Source: Antedon mediterranea (taxonomy: Eukaryota; Animalia; Echinodermata). From it: a stretch of DNA of 64,000 bases. Positions 55,895 through 64,000 of the stretch are shown here, piece after piece. Each line of letters opens with the position of its first letter. Positions within the stretch are counted from its first letter, which is position 1. A program made the translations under genes and the position numbers. The stretch covers positions 13,410,871 to 13,474,870 of the forward strand of contig NC_092676.1 in NCBI RefSeq assembly GCF_964355755.1, given 5' to 3'. A model generated the notes under the pieces. The model saw nothing but the letters and a program-made list of their open reading frames with translations. It did not search any database and was not told where the DNA came from.

Positions 55895-58800
55895 ATTGAT
55901 TGATTGATTTTATTCGATATTCATACAATATACAATATATTAAAAGAATACCTGGATAACCCATTAAGTCGACAAAAAAGTAAACTTATTTCCAATGGGG
56001 TCCAATCCGTAATGACTGAAAAGTGAGTGGTTGGGCCTAGTACAATTATCATTAAGTATGACTCAGTAAAAATGAAAAAACAAGAAAATACATACAATAT
56101 TAAAAATAACTTAATTAAACTGAAATTCCAAGCTGTTCATTATTAAAATATTCTTTAAGTTTTATTTTGAAGGTTGAATTATTTTGTATTGATTTGAGTG
56201 AATTGGGGAGCCTGTTCCAGTCACGGATACCTAAGAAATAAAAAGTCGTATCATTAACGCCAGTAGCCTTAGGAGTGACAAAATTAAATGTTGTACCCCT
56301 GGTGAAATGGTTATGATGATCAGAAATTAACAAAAAGTTATCCTTAAGGAAAGAAGGCGTATTAAAGTTATAACGAATTTTGTGAACATAATTTAATCTT
56401 AAAAACTTATTTCTGAGGCTGACATTAAGAAACCCAAGATCGGAAAGCTCTTTGGCACCTATGTGAGACCTCGGACCAACATTTAAAATGAAACGTGCCA
56501 TCTTGTTTTGGGAAGTTTGTAATTTATGTTTAAGATTCTTATTGACACCGCCGTACCATGCCGAGGCAGAATAGTCAAATGTACATTGTATTAAAGCAGT
56601 GCTTAATAGTTTACGACATTTTTTATTCAAGCACGAACTTTGCCTATGTAAAAACTTCAACCTTGACTTAACTTTACTGATAACACTAGTTGCAATAATA
56701 TCACATGATACATATTGGTCTAAATCAATACCCAAATATTTAACTTGCTTAGTACTTTTGATTCTACGGCCCATTAATTCTACAGAAAACTCTTTAACTT
56801 TGTTAAGCTTCGCTCTGCTACCAAAGATAATACTTTCGGTTTTGCCAACATGTAAAGATAATTTGTTTTCAGTTAACCAGTCCTGGCACTTAGCTAGGAC
56901 AGTACTTAATTTATGAGCGATTTTGGTGGCATCGTGATGAGAATACAGAATCGTAGAATCATCAGCATAAAGCAATAATTGAACATCAGAATCAATACAA
57001 GAAGCAATATCATTTAAATAACATAGAAAAAGAATAGGGCCCAAGATGCTACCTTGCGGTACACCATGAGTAACTATAAGAGGTTCAGAGCAGGTACCAT
57101 TCACACTGACAACTTGTGTGCGGGTAGCGAGATAAGATTGAAACCAGTCAGTACACTTAAAACCCATGCATTTTAGCTTGTTAATTAAAATCACATGATC
57201 GACGGTATCGAAAGCTTTTTGTAAGTCAATTAGAACCATTCCAGTAAGAAGGCCTTTGGACTTATTGTTTTTTTGGAAAGATACCTTTCAACTTGTATAG
57301 CTACAGATTTTTCAAGAATCTTAGGTACCGTAGGCAGAATACTAATCGGCAGATAATTCTCAACACTTGTTCTAGTATTTTTCTTAAATAGTGGGTTAAC
57401 TTTAGCAGTTTTAAGATCATGAGGAAAACAATTAGTTTTAAACGAAAGGTTAATGATATGAGCTATCGGTTCAGCCATGATTATCGCACCGTCGCGTAAA
57501 AATCTTGAGGGAATATTATCTAGACCGACGCTTTTGTTTACATTTAGGCTTTCGAGTTGAGTTTTAACAAATTCTATGGTAACAGGCTCCAGCTTAAACA
57601 TTTTTACTTTTGATTTAACGTAGTATTTATGAAGATCGTAACTGGACATGGTGAAAAAACCTATGCATTTTGGGAGTTTTTTGACGAGTGTTGACGCAAC
57701 ATTCGTGGAAAACTCATTAAAACGAGAGGCAACGCCTTTTGGACAGAAAGTTTGTTTACCATTGTCATCGAGAACGATTTTAGTGTTTGTTTTACATTTC
57801 TTCTCGTATCCGAGCTGTTTGAGGGTTTTCCATAATTTTTTAGGGTTGTCTTTATTTTCATCAATCTTATTGAGAAAATAATTAGATTTAGCTTTTTTGA
57901 TCAGCCACTGAGCTTTGTTCCTAGAGGCACAATAATATTTGTATATATCTAGATTAGTTTTATCTTTCTTGAATTTTTTTTAAAGTGTGTCTCTTACTTT
58001 GATTTCATTAGCAATTACGGAGGTAAACCAGGGTGCTATGTTTTGTTAAAGTCTAACTTTTTTGTATTGGCGCTATTGAGTCGATCACCTTAATGATGAT
58101 ATCTTTAAGAGTTAACCACGCGATATTTACATCGTCATTATTAGTGACAACAAACCAATCGATATCATTAAGTGTTTCAAGATAGTTATTTACATTATAG
58201 TTTTTTAAAGATCGTAATTTAGCGGAGTTGTGTTCATTTTTATGAACATGAGACTTAGGTATTTTTCTAGTGCAATAAATAAGAAAATGGTCACTAAGGC
58301 CAATATTAATTACTCCAGATTGCTTCACATTATTTTTTACATTAGTAACAATGTGGTCCAAACATGAGCTAAAGTCACCAAGAACATAAATTTCACTACT
58401 CTCTTTGATTTTTGATACAGATTCTTCAAAGTTGTTCAGAAATAAAGATACATTCTGTTTTGGTGGGCGGTAGCATGTACCAATCACAATTTCCTTTGAA
58501 CGAGGCAGATATATATTTATCCAAATTGCTTCAAAACCGTCGATTTCCAGATCATTTCTACGTGTGAAGGCGCGATCATTTTTTACGTAGATAAAAACTC
58601 CACCACCAGACCGGTTTCTGTCCTTCCTGAGCGCTGTATATCCATCAATTTTGATCTCGTTATCGGTGATGGATTCGTCCAGCCACGACTCGCTGATGGA
58701 TATAACAGTAGCTTTGGTCTTTGATGCGATGTTCCTTAGTTCAGACATTTTATGAACTAATGACCGCGCATTGAGGTGAACAAAATGTAGGCCTTTGTTA

Positions 58801-59008
58801 ATTTCGTTTATTTATTAATTTATATTAAAGAAACAAAAAAATATTGATTTTTTAATTGAACATAAACTTTTTTAATCGTTTGGTTTTGTATAAAATGTGT
58901 TTTCTACATAAAAACTAACGGTAGCAAAATTTAATTTGGCGTTCGCGAAATAATGGTTTGTAAACAAAATTCATAAGTTCGCGCGGATCGGAGAGCGTCG
59001 TCTGCTAA
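55895..59008 (-). mobile_element. CR1/L2-group LINE (APE endonuclease + RT remnants, (ATCA)n tail) nested near the right end of the RAG1-like element
   Basis: Endonuclease motifs HLNARSL, ISESWLD, RKDRNRSGGGV, YRPP, GDF and SDH. RT motifs DLQKAFDTVDH, GVPQGSILGP, LYADD and KYLG. Tail AATAAAATCAATCAATCAAT. Frameshifts and internal deletions. The 5' boundary is approximate. Confidence 0.9.
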
Positions 59009-59023
59009 CACTGAAGGCGCTTT

Positions 59024-59062
59024 ACTTTTTCTGATATCTTAACACTAGTTGAAACAGCTGTG
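59024..59062 (-). other. RSS-like transposon end: CACAGCT + 23-bp spacer + AGAAAAAGT
   Basis: Minus strand: heptamer 59062-59056 (5/7 to CACAGTG), spacer 59055-59033 (23 nt), nonamer 59032-59024 (6/9 to ACAAAAACC, A5 core intact). It abuts resumed satellite. Confidence 0.55.
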
Positions 59063-61106
59063 TTGTCGAATTTTCGAAATTGGAAATTTTGTCAATTTTT
59101 CGAAAAAATTCCTATGGTCTCCTGCAGGAAAATTTTCGAAAAATGGCCAAATTTCAACCCTTTTATTTTTTGACATAATTCGCGTTACTATGGCTCTATA
59201 AGATGATGTTAGCAAAATATATCTGTATAAATGGCAATATTACAGCATCTATATATACATTATGGTTAATTCTGACATAGGCGAGCACAATGCAAAAACT
59301 TCGGTACAAATCTCTGCCTTGGATACCTACCTTATCTATCCGAGATGTACCGCGAAACGTAGATTTGATAACATTAGTGTTCACGCCGACGCTATTGTTC
59401 CATATTTTTATCTTAGGAAGATATTATAAAGAGTTTTTTAACAACATTTATGATTTCAACATTAGCTTTTCCTCTCAATTTCAATTCTTCCCGGTCAAAG
59501 TAATATCCGGGTTTAAGATAAGTTCACCTTACAACAACCTGGTTTCAAATATTATTTTCTCTCTTTTAAACACAAAGGAGCAGTTAAAATAATAGATTTG
59601 ACCCTAAAGGTGACAGGAAACAGGCACTTTCCATCAATCAATACAGTGTCCCTTTGGAAGACGAAAAACAAATCAGATAGTAGGAGTGCAGCTTAAGTTG
59701 GCCATTAGTCATAGCCATTTCAGTTTTTTGTTTATTTTAAAACATACCACGCGTGTGTGAAGGTACAGTAGTTAAATTATACTGCAAATTAATAAAGATC
59801 AAATTAAATATACGTCATAAAGAATCAGAATATATTGTGGGGAATAGTATTATAAAATTACATAGGGAAATTTGATGATAAGACATTTTTCGAGTGAAAT
59901 CCCGATAGCTGAGTTTTATTGAGGAAGATTGCAGGAATAACTGTAGGCTATCTTCCTGTGTCCCATTAGGACCGAGATGTCTGCCCATGTTGCAAGCCGT
60001 AATGTCTTCTTTCTTGGGCCCACTCTGTTACGGCAGTTTCAAAAGATGATTAAATTAAATAATGTATTAATAATTATTAGGATGGTATTCATTTGAATAA
60101 ACGCCTCTCCAATAAAACATCACTTTGAATAATAAACCCCCCCCCCCCCCAACATTTGTTATTCTTTTTTACCACTTTTCATATCTACTGTATTAGAGGA
60201 TTTCATTTGATTATAAATGTTACCATATTATTAAAACTAAAAAATTTAACATATATCCCTCGAATAAGCACCTCCCTCAAATGACCTCCGCCTCCCCAAA
60301 GGGCCCTACCAAACAATAAAAACTATACTTGAAAATGTTATTAATCATCTAAAACACTGTGAAACAAAGTAGTTTAGTTTTACGAATGTCAAGCATTTTC
60401 AATAATGGTAACCGACAGAAAACGTATAAGGAGAACATTATCATTCCGAGAACCATCATCTACACTTCCTAGAGGGGGAGCGAGCGAAGCGAGCTCACCC
60501 TCTAGTAATTATTTAATTTTAAAAAGTGGAAAATGTTGCCATTTTTCGACCCTTTTATTTTTTTGACATAACTAGCTGCTATGTCTCTATAAGAAGATGT
60601 TAGCACAATATATGTGCATAAATGGCAATATTATAGCAGAATTATTGAATTTTAAAAAGTGGAAATTTTTGCCATTTTTCGAAAAAATTGCCAAATTTCG
60701 ACCCTTTTATTTTTTGACATAACTCGTTACTATGGCTTTATAAGATTATGTTAACACAATATGTGCATAAATGGCAATATTATAGCCTAATTATGAATTT
60801 TAAACGGTGGACGTTTTGGTTAATGTTAGCAAAATATATCTGTATAAATGGCAACATTATAGCATAATTTTCGAATTTTGAAAAGTGGAAATTTTTGCCA
60901 TTTGTCGAAAAAATTCCTATGGTGTCCCAAAGAAAAATTTTCGAAAAATGGCCAAATTTTGACCCTTTTATATTTTGACATTACTAGTTACTATGGCTCT
61001 ATAAGATGATGTTAGCACAATATATTTGCAAAAATGGCAATATTATAGCATAATATTTGAATTTTAAAAAGTGGAAATTGTTTCCATTTTTCGAAAAAAT
61101 TCCTAT
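59063..61106 (+). repeat. ~187-bp satellite, forward orientation, interrupted by a Helitron
   Basis: Same monomer and strand as 47240-48389. Confidence 0.88.
59248..60505 (+). mobile_element. Non-autonomous Helitron (1258 bp), second subfamily
   Basis: Inserted at CAGCA|TAATT in the 187-bp satellite with no TSD. Starts TCTATATATA and ends CTAGAGGGGGAGCGAGCGAAGCGAGCTCACCCTCTAG. Confidence 0.88.
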
Positions 61107-61107
61107 T

Positions 61108-61199
61108 CACACAAAAAACATCAAATTGCACAAAATAGCTTAATATCGTGTTTGAAAACGTTTTAAACCATTTTGAGCATGTCGATAAAACTTTTCACA
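61108..61199 (+). repeat. Single ~88-bp repeat monomer at the satellite inversion point
   Basis: Matches the monomer at ~46965-47055 (AAATAGCTTAATAT...GAAAACGTTTTA...GATAAAACTTTTCACA). Confidence 0.8.
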
Positions 61200-64000
61200 T
61201 ATATTGTGCAAACATCATCTTATAGAGCCATAGCAACTAGTTATGTAAAAAAACAAAAGGGTCGAAAAATGGAAAAATATTCCTCTTTTTAAAATTCAAT
61301 AATTATGCTATAATATTGCCATTTATGCAAATATATTTTGCTAACATCAACTTATAGAGACATAGCAACTAGTTATGTCAAAAAAATAAAAGGGTCGAAA
61401 AATGGCAACATTTTTCACTTTTTAAAATTAAATAATTATGCTATAATATTGCCATTTATACAAATATATTGTGCTAACATGATTTTATAGAGCCATAGTA
61501 ACTAGTTATGTCAAAAATTAAAGGGTTGAAATTTGGCCATTTTTCGAAAACTTTCTTGTGGGGGACAATAGGAATTTTTTCAAAAAAATTGCAAAAATGT
61601 CTACCATTTATGCAAATATATTGTGCTAACATCATCTTATAGAGCCATAGTAACTAGTTATGTCAAAAAATAAAAGGGTCAAAATTTGGCCATTTTCCAA
61701 AAATTGACAAAATTTCCACTTTTTTAAAATTCGAAAATTATGCTATAATATTGCCATTTATGCACATATATTGTGTTAACATCATCTTATAGAGCCATAG
61801 TAACTAGTTATGTCAAAAAATAAAAGCTTCGCAATTTTGAAATTTTTTGGAATATTTTCCTGCGATGGACCAAAGGAATATTTTCGAAAAATAACCAATA
61901 TTTCAACCGTTTAAAATTCAATAATTAGGCTATAATATTGCCATTTATGCATATATATTGTGTTAATATCATCTTATAGAGCCATAGTAACTAGTTATGT
62001 CAAAAATTAAAAGCGCCGCAATGTTGACATTTTTTGGAAAATTTTCCTGCGGGGGACCACAGGATTTTTTTCGAAAAATTGCCAAAATTTCCAATTTTTA
62101 AAATTCGAAAATTATGCTATAATATTGCCATTTATGCACATATATTGTTCTAACATCATCTTATAGAGCCATAGTTATAGTTATATCAAAAAATAAAAGG
62201 GTCGAAATTTGGCCATTTTTCGAAAATTTTCCTGCGGGGGACGATAGAAATTTTTGGCAAAAATGGCCAAAATTTTAACTTTTTAAAATTCAATAATTAT
62301 GCTATAATATTGCCATTTATGCACATATATTGTGCTAACATCATCTTATAGAGCCATAGTAACTAGTTATATCAAAAAATAAAAGCGTCCCAATTTTCCA
62401 ATTTTTCGAAAATTTTCCTGCGGGGGCCCACAGGAATTTTTTTCGAAAAATGGCAAAAATTTCCACTTTTTAAAATTCGATAATTAGTCTATAATATTGC
62501 CATTTATGCACATATATTGTGATAACATCATCTTTTAGAGCCATAGTTACTAGTTATATCAAAAAATAAAAGGGTCGAAATTTGGCCATTTTTCGAAAAC
62601 TTTCCTGCGGGGGACCATAGGAATTTTTTTTCAAAAATGGCCAAAATTACAACAACAAAAATTTCCACTTTTTAAAATTCAATAATTATGCTATAATATT
62701 GCAATTTATGCACATATATTGTGTTAACATCATCTTATGGAGCCATAAAAACTAGTTATGTCAAAAAAGAAAAGGTTTATAATTTGAACATTTTTCGAAA
62801 ATTTCAATGCGGGAGACCGAAGAAATTTTTCCATAAAATGTCAAAAATTTCCACTTTTTAAACTTCAATAATCATGCTCTAATATTGCCATTTATGCACA
62901 TAATTATATTGTGTTAACATCATCTTATAGAGCCATAGTATTCTAGTTGTGTAAAAAAATAAAAGGCACTCAATTTTGCCATTTTTCGAAAATTTAAATT
63001 GCGGGGCTCCGATGGAATTTTTTGGAAAATTGTCCAAAATATAGACCCTTTTATTGTGTTAACATCATCTTATGGAGCCATAAAAACTAGTTATGTCAAA
63101 AAATAAAAGGGTCATAATTTGAACATTTTTCGAAAATTTCACTGCAAGGGACCGAAGGAATTTTTTCAAAAAATGTCAAAAATTTCCACTTTTTAAACTT
63201 GAATAATCATGCTATGATATTGCCATTTATGAACATATATTGCAGCAACAGTATCTTATAGAGCCATAATAACTAGTTATGTCAAAAATTAAAAGGGTCG
63301 AAATTTTGAAATTTTTCGAAAATTTCACTGCGGAAAATGTCAACAATTTTCACTTTTTAAACTTCAATAATTATGCTATAATATTGTCATTTATGCACAT
63401 ATATTGTTGTAACGTGTTAATATCATCTTATAGAGCCAGAGTAACTAGTTATGTTAAAAAATAAATGGGTCGACATTTTTTCTATTTTTCGAACATTTCA
63501 CGGCAGGAGACCCAAGGAATTGTTCAAAAAATGTTAAAAATTTCCACTTTTTAAACTTCAATAATTATGTTATAATATTCCCATTTATGCACATATATTG
63601 TTGTAACATCATCTTATAGTGCCATAGTAACTAGTTGTGTAAAAAAATAATAAGGTCAAAATTTTGCCATTTTTCGAAAATGTCACTGCGGGGGACCAAA
63701 GGATTTTTTTAGAAAAATGGCAAAAATGTCCACTTTTTAAAATTCAATAATTATGCTATAAAATTTCAATTTATGCACATATATTTTGTTAACATGGAGC
63801 CATAAAAACTAGTTATGTCAAAAAATTAGAAGGGTCATAATTTGAACATTTTTCGATAATTTCACTGTGGGGGACCGAAGAAATTTTTCCATAAAATGTC
63901 AAAAATTTCCACTTTTTAAACTTCAATAATCATGCTATAATATTGCCATTTATGCACATATATTGTTGTAACATCATCTTATAGAGCCATAGTAACTAGT
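61200..64000 (-). repeat. ~187-bp satellite, inverted orientation, running off the window end
   Basis: AACATCATCTTATAGAGCCATAGTAACTAG recurs at ~187-bp spacing near 61788, 61975, 62162 and 62348, with shorter variants. Confidence 0.92.

Larger units (their letters stand above)
48390..59062 (-). mobile_element. RAG1/Transib-like DNA transposon inserted in the 187-bp satellite; left terminus apparently deleted
   Basis: The satellite breaks at ATGGCAATA (48389) and resumes nearly in register at TTGTCGAATTTT (59063). The right end is CACAG... on the minus strand. An inverted subterminal motif is present (AAGTGTAGCGCC vs AAGTAAAGCGCC). It encloses the transposase gene. No TSD is recoverable. Confidence 0.7.

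Noticed and set aside
50368-57881. Plus-strand ORFs such as 50593, 51056, 52778, 54665, 56599 and 57648
   Set aside because: They are antisense shadows of transposase exons or the LINE ORF2 and have no motifs.
60137-60150. Poly-C run
   Set aside because: A simple homopolymer inside a Helitron with no supporting structure.

Overview
Eukaryotic heterochromatin-like region, probably from an invertebrate animal, with no intact host gene. About 1-46.6 kb is a CpG-rich 25-bp satellite (GACATCGACCCCGATTTTACGTACA) with kb-scale higher-order duplications. It is interrupted by two copies of an L1/Tx1-like LINE, a CR1/L2-group LINE, a Helitron, a TIR MITE, a solo LTR and a 58-bp L2 tail. Short arrays of an ~88-bp and an ~187-bp satellite follow, the latter inverting near 61.2 kb. 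The main result is a ~10.7-kb insertion in the 187-bp satellite (~48390-59062). It carries an 11-exon, now pseudogenised, RAG1/Transib-like DDE transposase gene (minus strand, 55241-49494, ~890 codons). By-eye translation shows a RAG1-type N-terminal Zn motif, RING+ZnA, RGRP, a D-D-E triad and ZnB. The surviving terminus reads as heptamer CACAGCT + 23-bp spacer + AGAAAAAGT, resembling a 23-RSS. No RAG2-like partner is visible. A Helitron and a LINE are nested inside this element. The many satellite ORFs in the ORF track are artefacts. All calls are by eye; no database search was run.
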